A DNA stretch of 64,000 nt from a virus: IMG/VR virus record IMGVR_UViG_3300031688_000003, positions 1 to 64,000 of that record; one strand, given 5' to 3'. A model generated the notes under the pieces. It saw nothing but the letters and a program-made list of their open reading frames with translations. It made no database searches and was not told where the DNA came from. The number at the start of each line of letters is the position of its first letter. Within the stretch, counting starts at the first letter, position 1. The translations under genes and the position numbers were made by a program. Positions 19,265-29,526 of this stretch are shown piece after piece.

Positions 19265-19540
19265 ATGAAAAAAGTAATACCAATGGGAAGAAGAGTTCTC
19301 GTTAAACAAGATGCAAAGATTGAAAAGATAAAGAATGGATTAATCTATTTACCTGAGTCTGAACAACATCAACCTCCTATGGGATATGTTGTATCTACAG
19401 GACCTAAGTGTGAACAAGTAAAAGAAGGTGATTATATACAATGGCCACTAGAAATTAATACTACTAGTATGTTACATGATGAAGAAGAACATCTTGTTAT
19501 TGATGAAGCAGCTATTATTGCTGTAATGATGGATGTATAA
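19265..19540 (+). CDS. groES: co-chaperonin GroES-like protein
   Basis: IPMGRRVLVK, mobile loop NGLIYLP, VVSTGP...VKEGD, LVIDEAAIIAV. Confidence 0.88.
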   Translation: MKKVIPMGRRVLVKQDAKIEKIKNGLIYLPESEQHQPPMGYVVSTGPKCEQVKEGDYIQWPLEINTTSMLHDEEEHLVIDEAAIIAVMMDV

Positions 19541-21722
19541 AAAAGTTCCTACATATCAGGATAGTAAATGGGGTTATAAAGAGTTTGAAACTAAAGAAGA
19601 TTTCATAACCTACATGCTTACTCTATTTAAAGAGCCTGGACAATATAATTTTGATAAGACTGCTTTAATGTTTAATGAACAAGCAGTCTTATTTAATTCT
19701 CAAGGGTTTTATTGTGATAAACCTTTTAGATCAAAAGATTATATTACATATTGGAATGATCAAAAAGAAAAATGTAGGGAAGGAGTACTATATATTGGAG
19801 AGAAAAGCACATGGTATCTTTCAAGAGATTATTATATGTGGTTAAATTTCTTACCAATATTTGATAAAGAAGAAAAGAAGTATGGCTTTGCTAAAGTCAG
19901 GGATGCTCAATATCATATGGCTCTTTATGAAATAATTGCTGAGTTACATTGTAAACATGTTGCAATACTAAAGAAACGTCAGATAGCATCATCATATTTT
20001 CATATGGCCAAACTTTTAAACCAATATTGGTTTGAAGAAGGGTCTATATGTAAGATAGGAGCATCACTAAAAGATTATATCAATGATAAAGGTTCTTGGA
20101 AGTTCTTAGATGAGTATAAGACTTTTCTTAATGAACATACTGCATGGTATAGACCAAGTAGTCCTGAAAAAGTTCTACTATGGGAGCAGAAGATTGAGGT
20201 TAGAATAAACAATAGAAAAACTAACAAAGGTCTTATGTCAAAGATCCAAGGAGCTTCATTTGAAAAGAATGCAACTACTGGAGTAGGTGGACCTTGTACT
20301 TTTTTCTTTCATGAAGAAGCAGGTATTGCACCAAAGATGGATCAGACATATGAGTATATCCGTCCTGCAATGACTTCTGGTATGATGACTACTGGACAAT
20401 TTATTGCAGCAGGTTCTGTTGGTGATCTACAACAATGTAATCCTCTTAAGGAGTTTATACTTAACCCTCAAGCAAATGATATATATGCTGTAGAAACAGA
20501 CTTAATGGATGACAAAGGAAAGATTGGTATTGCTGGATTATTCATTCCTGAACAATGGTCAATGCCACCTTTTATTGATGATTATGGAAATTCATTAATA
20601 GATGAAGCTTTAAAAGCAATAAAAGAAGAAAGATCAGGATGGCAAAAAGATCTAGCACCAGAACAATATCAATTACGTATATCTCAGAAACCTATTAATA
20701 TTGCTGAAGCATTTGCATATAGAAAAGCAGCAATATTCCCACAAGGTTTAATATCAAGACAACTAAAAAGAATAGAAGATAAAGAATATGGTTATGAATT
20801 CTTAGAACTTGAAAGAACAGAGGAAGGTATTGAAGCAAAGAAGACTAGAAAACTTCCTATAATAACATTCCCAGTAAAGAAAAAGCTTGAAGATAAGACA
20901 GGTGTACTAGTTGTATGGGAAAGGCCTGTTAAAGATCCACAATTTGGAACATACTATGCATCAATTGACCCTGTGTCAGAAGGAAAGACAACAACATCAG
21001 ATTCATTGTGTAGTATATTTGTGTATAAGAATGCATGTGAAGTTACAAGAACTGATAAAGGTGGAGAAACAGAGACATTTATAGAAAGAGAAAAGGTAGT
21101 TGCAACATGGTGTGGTAGATATGATGATATAAATAAGACCCATGAACAATTAGAATTAATTATTGAATGGTATAAAGCATGGACATTAGTTGAGAATAAT
21201 ATATCCTTATTTATTCAACATATGATTGCTAAACGTAAACAAAAGTATTTAGTTCCAAAACAACAGATTCTATTCCTAAAAGATTTAGGTTCTAACAACA
21301 ATGTATTCCAAGAATATGGATGGAAGAATACAGGTACATTATTTAAGAGTCATCTTATTTCTTATGCAATTGAGTACATAAGAGAAGGTATAGATGAAGA
21401 GCTAGATGAGAATGGAGAAGTTATATCTCAAACATTTGGAGTGGAAAGAATTCCTGATAAGATGTTACTTACAGAAATGATGCAATATTATCCTGGGCTA
21501 AATGTGGATAGACTGGTAGCTTTTGCTGCTTTAGTTGCTTTTGTGAGAATACAGCAATCAAATAGAGGATATACTAAGCGTAGAGAGAATCAGGACTCAA
21601 ATAACTTGGATAAGTCCAAAAATTTGTATAAATTAAATGTGAGACCATTTAGCAATATGGGAGGTAGGTCAGCTAGAAATAAAAACAAAATAAGAAAATC
21701 ACCTTATAAAAACTTTAAATAA
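19533..21722 (+). CDS. terL: terminase large subunit
   Basis: ATPase motifs LKKRQIASS and FFHEEAG, nuclease ASIDP, C-terminal NVDRLVAF; directly upstream of the portal. Confidence 0.9.
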   Translation: MYKKVPTYQDSKWGYKEFETKEDFITYMLTLFKEPGQYNFDKTALMFNEQAVLFNSQGFYCDKPFRSKDYITYWNDQKEKCREGVLYIGEKSTWYLSRDYYMWLNFLPIFDKEEKKYGFAKVRDAQYHMALYEIIAELHCKHVAILKKRQIASSYFHMAKLLNQYWFEEGSICKIGASLKDYINDKGSWKFLDEYKTFLNEHTAWYRPSSPEKVLLWEQKIEVRINNRKTNKGLMSKIQGASFEKNATTGVGGPCTFFFHEEAGIAPKMDQTYEYIRPAMTSGMMTTGQFIAAGSVGDLQQCNPLKEFILNPQANDIYAVETDLMDDKGKIGIAGLFIPEQWSMPPFIDDYGNSLIDEALKAIKEERSGWQKDLAPEQYQLRISQKPINIAEAFAYRKAAIFPQGLISRQLKRIEDKEYGYEFLELERTEEGIEAKKTRKLPIITFPVKKKLEDKTGVLVVWERPVKDPQFGTYYASIDPVSEGKTTTSDSLCSIFVYKNACEVTRTDKGGETETFIEREKVVATWCGRYDDINKTHEQLELIIEWYKAWTLVENNISLFIQHMIAKRKQKYLVPKQQILFLKDLGSNNNVFQEYGWKNTGTLFKSHLISYAIEYIREGIDEELDENGEVISQTFGVERIPDKMLLTEMMQYYPGLNVDRLVAFAALVAFVRIQQSNRGYTKRRENQDSNNLDKSKNLYKLNVRPFSNMGGRSARNKNKIRKSPYKNFK

Positions 21723-21798
21723 TGAAAGATTATTGGACAACAACAACAACATTTGAAGATCACGGGTTTACATATATTAACGTTAAATAAAATATAAC

Positions 21799-24579
21799 AT
21801 GCAATTATATAATGCAATGCAGCTAAAAGCTGGTGCTAAAGTCAAAGGGGAAGGCTTAACAAACAGTAGTCTTACACAACCTTTACAATTTATTAAAGCC
21901 AAAGAGAAGGATGATGAGTGGGCTGCATGGAATCTAGATTGGATTGAGATGAGGGGTATGGAATACCTTAGGAGAAATGCAAGAAAGTTATTAAAGAATT
22001 ATAAGCTTGCAAAAGGTATTATAGATAAGACAGATTATATAATAGAAGAAGATAATGAGTATAAGGATATTATGGATATTCTTACAAAAGAGGATGAATC
22101 TGCACTAGAGCTTAAGTTTTATCCAATTATACCAAATGTTATTAATGTATTAACTGGTGAGTTTACAAAGAGATTTCATAAGGTTCAGTTTAGAGCAGTA
22201 GATGATACTTCATATAATGAAATGCTTGAGCAAAAAAGAGGGCAGATTGAAGAAAACTTATTAGCTGATGCAGAAAATAAGATCTTAATGAAAATGTTAG
22301 ATGCTGGTTTAGATCCTAACTCAGATGAAGCAAAAGAAAAACTTTCTCCAGAGAACTTAAAAACATTACCAGAAATAGAAGATTACTTTTCTAAAGATTA
22401 TAGAAGTATGGTTGAGGAATGGGCTACCCATCAATTAGCAGTAGATGAGGAAAGGTTCAGAATGAATGAGCTAGAAGAAAGAGGTTTTAGAGATATGTTA
22501 GTTGCAGATAGAGAATTCTGGCATTTCAAAATGATGGAAGATGACTATGATGTAGAATTATGGAATCCAGTATTAACATTTTATCATAAGTCTCCTGACT
22601 CAAGATATATATCTGATTCTAATTTTGCTGGTAAATGTGATATGATGTCTCCTGCAGATGTTATTGATAAATATGGATACCTGATGACTCAAGATCAAAT
22701 GGTTTCTTTACAAAACATATATCCAGCAATTTCAGCAAGGTATGCACAGACAGGTGTACAGAATGATGGTTCTTTTTATGATGCAAGTAAATCACATAAG
22801 TGGAATACAGGTGCTCCATCTTTACAATATAGACAACACATGAGTACAACAGGGGGTGACTCTTCTGGTGATGCTGATATAGTAAATTGGATACTTAGTG
22901 AAGGAGATGATGTAGGAAGCTGGGGTAATGCAGATATGATGAGAGTAACAACAACATACTGGAAGACACAAAGAAAGGTAGGACATTTGACAAGGATAAC
23001 AGAACAAGGTGATGTTATGCAAGAAATCATTGACGAGACATACAAAGTTACTGAGAAACCTATTTACAATACTAATTTATTTAGAGAAAAAACAAAAGAT
23101 AATTTGGTACAAGGAGAACATATAGAATGGATATGGATTAATGAAGTATGGGGTGGTGTAAAAATTGGTCCTAACTTACCTACATATTGGCAACAAAACA
23201 ATGATGGAGGTTTTAATCCAATATACTTAGGTATTAATAGAAGTAAGCCAGGAAGAATACCATTCCAATTCAAAGGAGATAATTCTCTATATGGTTGCAA
23301 GTTACCTGTAGAAGGAAGAGTATTCTCTGATAGAAATACAAGATCTACATCTCTAGTTGACTTAATGAAACCATATCAAGTAGGATATAACATGGTTAAT
23401 AACCAGATAGCAGACATTCTAGTAGATGAGTTAGGTACTATTATCATGTTTGATCAAAATGCTTTACCACGTCACTCTATGGGTGAAGACTGGGGTAAGA
23501 ATAATCTTGCTAAAGCATATGTAGCAATGAAAGACTTTGGTATGATGCCATTAGATACTTCTATTACTAATACTGAGAATGCAACTAACTTCAATCATTA
23601 CCAGACTTTAAATCTTGAGCAATCAAGCAGGTTAATGTCTAGAATACAATTAGCTAATCATTTTAAACAACAAGCTTTTGATGCTATTGGAGTAAACCCA
23701 CAAAGATTAGGAACTCCTATTGCACAAGAAACTGCAACAGGTGTTATTAATGCTATGACTCAATCATATGCTCAAACTGAAATATATTTTGTACAGCATT
23801 CAGATCAACTTATGCCACGTGTACATCAGATGAGAACAGATCTTGCACAATTCTATAATAGTACAAATCCAAGTGTAAGATTAACATATATTACTAGTGA
23901 GGCAGAAAAAGTAAACTTTACTATAAATGGTACAGACTTATTGATGAGAGATTTTAATATATTTTGCACAACTAAAACAAATCATAGAGGTACTCTTGAT
24001 CAATTAAAACAAATGGCACTTACTAATAATACAACAGGTGCAAGTATTTATGACCTTGGTAATATTATTAAAGCAGATTCAATTGCTGAAGTTTCTGATA
24101 TACTTAAAGATGCAGAGACTAAAACAGAACAACAACAGCAGCAAGAACAACAAAGTCAACAACAAATGCAAGAACAGCAGTTACAAGCTGCAGCTACTGA
24201 GAAACAAGCTGAACGTGACTTTAAATTACAAGAGTCTGAAGCAGAAAGAAGAAAAGATCTTATGGTTGCAGAAATTAGAGCTGCTGGATATGGTGGTGGA
24301 TCTGATGTTAATCAAAATCAAGAGAGTGATTTCCAAGATGCAATGCGTGATATGCAGCAAAGAGATCAATATAGAGATCAAATGGATTTCAAAAGAGAAG
24401 ATGCTACTAACAAGAATGCAATGACACGTGATAAATTAGCAGTTGAAAGAGAGAGAATTGCTGTACAACGTGATGTAGCAAGCACAAATCTTGAAATTGC
24501 ACGTGAAAACAAGAATGTATATGACGTAAGTTCTAAGAAAAAGGCAGAGGAAAAGGATAAGAAAAAGAAGAAGAAATAA
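21799..24579 (+). CDS. portal protein
   Basis: 926 aa between terminase and capsid; YPIIPNVINVLTGE, coiled-coil Gln/Lys-rich barrel tail; crAss-like synteny. Confidence 0.85.
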   Translation: MQLYNAMQLKAGAKVKGEGLTNSSLTQPLQFIKAKEKDDEWAAWNLDWIEMRGMEYLRRNARKLLKNYKLAKGIIDKTDYIIEEDNEYKDIMDILTKEDESALELKFYPIIPNVINVLTGEFTKRFHKVQFRAVDDTSYNEMLEQKRGQIEENLLADAENKILMKMLDAGLDPNSDEAKEKLSPENLKTLPEIEDYFSKDYRSMVEEWATHQLAVDEERFRMNELEERGFRDMLVADREFWHFKMMEDDYDVELWNPVLTFYHKSPDSRYISDSNFAGKCDMMSPADVIDKYGYLMTQDQMVSLQNIYPAISARYAQTGVQNDGSFYDASKSHKWNTGAPSLQYRQHMSTTGGDSSGDADIVNWILSEGDDVGSWGNADMMRVTTTYWKTQRKVGHLTRITEQGDVMQEIIDETYKVTEKPIYNTNLFREKTKDNLVQGEHIEWIWINEVWGGVKIGPNLPTYWQQNNDGGFNPIYLGINRSKPGRIPFQFKGDNSLYGCKLPVEGRVFSDRNTRSTSLVDLMKPYQVGYNMVNNQIADILVDELGTIIMFDQNALPRHSMGEDWGKNNLAKAYVAMKDFGMMPLDTSITNTENATNFNHYQTLNLEQSSRLMSRIQLANHFKQQAFDAIGVNPQRLGTPIAQETATGVINAMTQSYAQTEIYFVQHSDQLMPRVHQMRTDLAQFYNSTNPSVRLTYITSEAEKVNFTINGTDLLMRDFNIFCTTKTNHRGTLDQLKQMALTNNTTGASIYDLGNIIKADSIAEVSDILKDAETKTEQQQQQEQQSQQQMQEQQLQAAATEKQAERDFKLQESEAERRKDLMVAEIRAAGYGGGSDVNQNQESDFQDAMRDMQQRDQYRDQMDFKREDATNKNAMTRDKLAVERERIAVQRDVASTNLEIARENKNVYDVSSKKKAEEKDKKKKKK

Positions 24580-24648
24580 GACTTAGCTATATACTCCTAA
24601 AAAAAACATTTTTATATAAAATTTCTAAGGTTTATCCTTTAAAATGTT

Positions 24649-24657
24649 GTATATTAT
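24649..24657 (+). promoter_or_regulatory. putative late promoter GTATATTAT
   Basis: Recurs upstream of five structural/cargo blocks. Confidence 0.55.
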
Positions 24658-24690
24658 TAATGTATTATTTATAAACCAACAAATAAAATT

Positions 24691-26004
24691 ATGGCAGAAA
24701 TAGAAAAAACTGTAGAAACTAAAGTCCACGATGTGGATATTAATCTGGATGACATCTTCACAGGTGCACCAGGAGCAGCTAGTATAACACTACCTGAAGA
24801 GACTGATGTAGATAAAAAACCTAATGTGTTTTCTAGATCAGCAAAAGTAGATATGTCCTTTCTTAATGAGGAAGACATGGGTGTTAAAGAAGAAACTCTT
24901 ATAACTGAAGTAACTGATGACACAACAGATCTTAATGTTGAAGATGAGAAACCAGTTCTAGAGAATGCAGAAGAAGGTGTAGAAGTAAAAGAAGAAGTTA
25001 CAGAAGACACAATCAATGAACTTCTAGCTCCAGATTCTGATGAAGATGAAGTACAACCAAAGAAAAGAGGTAGAAAACCAATTACTGGAATGGCAGATGT
25101 TTTCTCAAAGCTTATTGCTGATGATAAAATTGTAGGATTTGATGATGATAAAGACTTATCTGAATATAGTGCTAAAGATTTTGAAGAACTTATTCAAGCA
25201 AATTTAGACCAGAAAGCTAATGATGTAAGAAGAGAAACTCCAGCTCAGTTTTTTCAAAGTCTACCAGAAGAATTACAGATAGCTGCAAAGTATGTTGCTG
25301 ATGGTGGTGATGATATGAAAGGATTATTTAGAGCATTGTCACATGTTGAAGAATCATACCAACGTAATATTAAAAATGAATCTGATCAAGTACACATTAT
25401 AAGAGAATATCTTGGAGCAACAGGATATGGTAATGATGCAGAGATTGATGAGGAAATAGAAATATGGAAAGACTTAGGTAAGCTTGAACAACAAGCAGGA
25501 AAGTTTAAGCCAAAATTAGATAAGATGCAGGAGAAAGTTGTAGCAGGAAAACTTCAAGAGCAAGAGATGAAGAAAAAACAACAAGAACAAGCATCACAAA
25601 ATTACATGCAAAATGTATACAACACACTTAAGACTGGTAAAGTAGGAGATATTAAAGTAGATAAGAAAACACAATCACTTATATATAACGGATTAGTTAA
25701 TCCTTCTTATCCTTCAATAAGTGGACAGAATACAAATCTTTTAGGTCACTTATTAGAAAAGTATCAGTTTGTAGAACCAAATTATGATTTAGTATCAGAA
25801 GCATTATGGTTATTAGCTGATCCTACAAGCTATAAAAATCAAATAATGAAGAAAGGTGAAACTAAAGCTGTAGAACAAACTGTTAGAAAGCTTAAGACTA
25901 CTCAATCTGATAAGAGTGCATCTACTTCAGCAGAAAGAAAATCAACAACTCCATCAAAAAGAAAAATACAAAGAGGTGGTGAAAACATATTTAAAAGATT
26001 TTAA
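24691..26004 (+). CDS. putative scaffolding protein
   Basis: Very acidic N-half, coiled-coil C-half, located between portal and capsid. Confidence 0.55.
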   Translation: MAEIEKTVETKVHDVDINLDDIFTGAPGAASITLPEETDVDKKPNVFSRSAKVDMSFLNEEDMGVKEETLITEVTDDTTDLNVEDEKPVLENAEEGVEVKEEVTEDTINELLAPDSDEDEVQPKKRGRKPITGMADVFSKLIADDKIVGFDDDKDLSEYSAKDFEELIQANLDQKANDVRRETPAQFFQSLPEELQIAAKYVADGGDDMKGLFRALSHVEESYQRNIKNESDQVHIIREYLGATGYGNDAEIDEEIEIWKDLGKLEQQAGKFKPKLDKMQEKVVAGKLQEQEMKKKQQEQASQNYMQNVYNTLKTGKVGDIKVDKKTQSLIYNGLVNPSYPSISGQNTNLLGHLLEKYQFVEPNYDLVSEALWLLADPTSYKNQIMKKGETKAVEQTVRKLKTTQSDKSASTSAERKSTTPSKRKIQRGGENIFKRF

Positions 26005-26028
26005 TAACATAAACAAACAAATAAAAAA

Positions 26029-26706
26029 ATGGCAAATAATGTAAATGCAGGCTTAACAAGCCTTAATAACTCAGAAAGATTTCTTGGGTTTCCAATAGAA
26101 GGTAGAACCGACTTAATATATGTTGCAGCTACTGATATTGTTATGATAGATCAAGATGCATCATCAAATACTTTAACAAATATCTATTATAAATCAGGAG
26201 TAGATACAAGTACTATACAAATAACACATTCAGCTGATGTTTCTAAATCAGTACCAGGTACCATTTGGAAAGCACTATGGGATCTTAATCAACGTCAATA
26301 TGATGTAACTGTTGAGGTGTTATTACCACGGGTAGTATCAGCAATTACTACAGGGTGTAGTATATGTGCTGAAAAAATTGTATCAACAGTTGTTACAGAT
26401 AATGGACCTATCCCTACATCTGGTTTAGTACTTTTACAAATAAATGGTACACAAACCTTTACTTTACCTTCTGCGACATCTACTGGTACTACAGTATCTG
26501 TGATTGTGGATGCAGGTATAAACACACCAGCTGGAACACTAACCCCTTATAAAGTTATGGGAGCAGCTAGTAATATACTCTTTAATGCAGTAGGTCAAAG
26601 AGTAGATCTTCAATATACGGGTGATAATGGATGGTCATTAGCAGGAAGATCATCAGGAGCAGCAGCAACAACAGCAGTAGTAGCAGGATTACCACTGATT
26701 GTATAA
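26029..26706 (+). CDS. structural protein, possible capsid decoration
   Basis: Thr/Gly/Ala-rich beta-type sequence between scaffold and capsid genes. Confidence 0.45.
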   Translation: MANNVNAGLTSLNNSERFLGFPIEGRTDLIYVAATDIVMIDQDASSNTLTNIYYKSGVDTSTIQITHSADVSKSVPGTIWKALWDLNQRQYDVTVEVLLPRVVSAITTGCSICAEKIVSTVVTDNGPIPTSGLVLLQINGTQTFTLPSATSTGTTVSVIVDAGINTPAGTLTPYKVMGAASNILFNAVGQRVDLQYTGDNGWSLAGRSSGAAATTAVVAGLPLIV

Positions 26707-26764
26707 TAAAATAAAAAAACAACAACAACAATAATAATTAATAACTAAAAAAAAGAATTAAATT

Positions 26765-28405
26765 ATGGCAACTCCAGTATTAAACAATGGCTTGTTCCTT
26801 AGGGATACAAGTTACAATGCGAGTTCACACGTGGACTCATATCACTTAGCAGGAATGCTTGGTAACGCAGAACCAATGGACATGGGTCCAGTGGATTTGT
26901 GGGCAATGACGCAAAAGGTAGAAATGCCTTTATACCAAATGGCTTCCTTCGGTGGTAAGAACACTATTATGGTGGACAACGCAAGAGGTGAATATAAATG
27001 GCAAACACCTGTAGCAATTGACTTACCATTTGTAACTGATGATCTTACAACAGGTGATGTTGTAGGTAAAGACGGGCAAAAATTTAGAATTAAACTTTCT
27101 AAACGTAGCTTTGGACATGGGGACATTATTACTTATGATAAGTATAATGGACTTGAATTATACATTACTGCTGATGATATATTACCAGCAGGTAATGGAT
27201 TTATCTATACTGTACAACTTGTAAACAATGCAAGTAATACAGGATTAGATACAACTAAATATCTTGTAGCAGGAACTAAGTTCTTTAGAAAAGGTTCTGC
27301 TAGAGGTGAATATGGAGAAAGATTCTCTGATATTACTACTGAAGCAGGATTCAGAGAATTCTACAACTTTGTAGGAGGAGCTGAAGCACACGTTCACTAT
27401 TCTATTTCTTCTAGAGCAGATTTAATGCTTAAAGGTGGAATGAATGCTGATGGTACTGTACCAGTTACTGAGATCTGGAGAAACTTTGATAAGAATCTTG
27501 ATCCTTCAGTTTCTACATTAGAAGGAATGGTATCTGCAATGGGTAAAGATTATGTAAAGAGAGCATTTGATAATGGTTCACTTTCTAGAACATTCTTAAC
27601 ATCTATGGAAGCTGCTCACCTTACTAAGGTAGCAAATGACATTGAGACTTACTTAATGTGGGGTCATGGTGGTAGAGTTAAACAAGACGGTCCAGATGAT
27701 ATTAGATTATCAGTTGGTCTTTGGAAACAATTAGACAACTCATTTAAAAGAGTTTATAATAAAGCTTCTTTTGATCTTGACATGTTTAAGAATGAACTTT
27801 ACAATTTCTATCAAGGAAAAGTTGAATTAGAAGGACCAAATCCAGGACGTACTTTAGTAGTACAAACAGGAATTGGAGGAATGAAACTTATCAATGAAGC
27901 TATTAGAGTTGAAGCTGCAGGATTAGCAGGTACTGGTGCTTTAGGTAGTGGTGCAGTTATTAATGCAGACAATTTAGGAATTGTTAAAGGTGATGCAATG
28001 GACTTAGGTTTTGGGTATGCATTTACATCTTACATTATTCCTTTCTTAGCTAATGTACAATTTGTTTTAAACCCAGCGTTTGACAACTTACATACTAATG
28101 ACATTGAGAATCCATTAATTGATGGAAGACCTTTATCTTCTTATAGTTTCATCATCTTTGATGTAACTGATAATGTTCAAGATAATATCTTCTTGTTAAA
28201 ATTATCTTGGGATAACCAATTAAAATGGTTCTACCAAAATGGTACTATGGATTATATGGGACGTAGTCAAGGATTTGCATCATCAGGTAACTTCAATGGA
28301 TACCGTGTAATGATGACACAGACTATGCCAGCTATTTGGGTTAAGGACCCTACTAAAGTTCTTAAGATTGTAATGAAGAATCCTGTAACAGGAGGATCAT
28401 TCTAG
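26765..28405 (+). CDS. major capsid protein
   Basis: 546 aa after portal/scaffold, followed by a strong terminator; crAss-like MCP size and position; elevated C-ending codons consistent with high expression. Confidence 0.85.
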   Translation: MATPVLNNGLFLRDTSYNASSHVDSYHLAGMLGNAEPMDMGPVDLWAMTQKVEMPLYQMASFGGKNTIMVDNARGEYKWQTPVAIDLPFVTDDLTTGDVVGKDGQKFRIKLSKRSFGHGDIITYDKYNGLELYITADDILPAGNGFIYTVQLVNNASNTGLDTTKYLVAGTKFFRKGSARGEYGERFSDITTEAGFREFYNFVGGAEAHVHYSISSRADLMLKGGMNADGTVPVTEIWRNFDKNLDPSVSTLEGMVSAMGKDYVKRAFDNGSLSRTFLTSMEAAHLTKVANDIETYLMWGHGGRVKQDGPDDIRLSVGLWKQLDNSFKRVYNKASFDLDMFKNELYNFYQGKVELEGPNPGRTLVVQTGIGGMKLINEAIRVEAAGLAGTGALGSGAVINADNLGIVKGDAMDLGFGYAFTSYIIPFLANVQFVLNPAFDNLHTNDIENPLIDGRPLSSYSFIIFDVTDNVQDNIFLLKLSWDNQLKWFYQNGTMDYMGRSQGFASSGNFNGYRVMMTQTMPAIWVKDPTKVLKIVMKNPVTGGSF

Positions 28406-28428
28406 TCTTAATTAACAATATGAATGAA

Positions 28429-28460
28429 GGAGGAGCCTTGTGCTCCTCCCTATTTCTTTC
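28429..28460 (+). terminator. intrinsic terminator after MCP
   Basis: GGAGGAGC-CTTGT-GCTCCTCC then TATTTCTTTC. Confidence 0.8.
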
Positions 28461-28497
28461 TTAAAACCAACAATATTAATAAAACCAAACAAAAATT

Positions 28498-29523
28498 ATG
28501 AGTACAATATCAAAAGATTTCACAATTAGTGAAAAATACCAAACAGGTAAAGAGCAAAAGATTGCAATACGTCCTTACTTTGATGATGGTAAAGAAAACA
28601 TGGGTCTTGAAAAATATGGAATGACACTACATGATGGTGTATATCATATGGAAGATCTAGCTTGTCTTGAATTAAATGGTATCAAAAGGTATGTAACAGG
28701 ATTAAATGAATTTGCTCCTGCAGTTAAAATGTTACCAGATGCTGAAAGAAAAGCAAAAATAAAAGAAATTAGAACTGTTGTTATCCAACTAGAAAAAGAT
28801 CTAGCATCTAATGTAATTGAAATAGATGATCCAGAATTTTGGAACAAAGTTCAAATCTTAAAACCAGATAATCATATATTCTGGAGTAAGATACACTTAA
28901 AGGTAGGGAATGATCCTTACTTTTTAGACCCAAAGAAAGATCCATATGATCTTATAAAAATGTATGCAATTAAAGCAGGTGGATTTTCTATTGTAGCTAA
29001 AGACTATGAGACAGTTCAGTCTATTCCAAATTGTAGATTTTATTTAGATCAAGTTAAGAAGACTACAACAGCTAAGACTAAACCTTCTAAAATAAGAAAT
29101 AAAGCATTAGCAACTCTTCAAAGATTATTTGATGAGGATACTGAGAAATTATTTTATGTAGCAAAAATGATTGATTATAATAGTGCACAATATACAAGAG
29201 CAACTCCTGTTGATATTTTATATGAAGCAATGGATGCACATATAAATGGAGATGGTGCAGAATCATCTAAGACAAAAGCTGCTTTAGAATTTACAGCTAT
29301 TGCTAATGATAGTATGGAAAACCTAACTCTAAGAACATTGTTAAAAGATGGAACATACTACCAGTTTATGACAAATGATGGTGCAGGATACATTATAGAA
29401 TCTGAAACTAAAATTAAATTAGGTAAAACCAATGAAGAAGTTTTAGAATTTTTTAAGAATCCTTTAAATGAAGAAGTTTTAGATAGATTATTTTCACAAA
29501 CTGAAAGATACTGGAATTCATAA
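28498..29523 (+). CDS. conserved hypothetical protein downstream of MCP
   Basis: ORF track; synteny. Confidence 0.7.
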   Translation: MSTISKDFTISEKYQTGKEQKIAIRPYFDDGKENMGLEKYGMTLHDGVYHMEDLACLELNGIKRYVTGLNEFAPAVKMLPDAERKAKIKEIRTVVIQLEKDLASNVIEIDDPEFWNKVQILKPDNHIFWSKIHLKVGNDPYFLDPKKDPYDLIKMYAIKAGGFSIVAKDYETVQSIPNCRFYLDQVKKTTTAKTKPSKIRNKALATLQRLFDEDTEKLFYVAKMIDYNSAQYTRATPVDILYEAMDAHINGDGAESSKTKAALEFTAIANDSMENLTLRTLLKDGTYYQFMTNDGAGYIIESETKIKLGKTNEEVLEFFKNPLNEEVLDRLFSQTERYWNS

Positions 29524-29526
29524 ATT

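Noticed and set aside
21735-21755. CAA microsatellite-like runs (also 26718-26735)
   Set aside because: Short A/C-rich leader sequence; too short for a contingency locus and outside coding frames
24120-24200. Gln-rich repeat in the portal as a tandem-repeat locus
   Set aside because: Low-complexity coiled-coil coding typical of portal barrels
24289-24303. YGGGS in the portal as another GG linker
   Set aside because: Lacks the SLxKAQ continuation and the following amphipathic helix
19533-28405. Inteins or self-splicing introns in terminase, portal or capsid
   Set aside because: ORFs are continuous and of expected size; no intein or homing-endonuclease motifs seen
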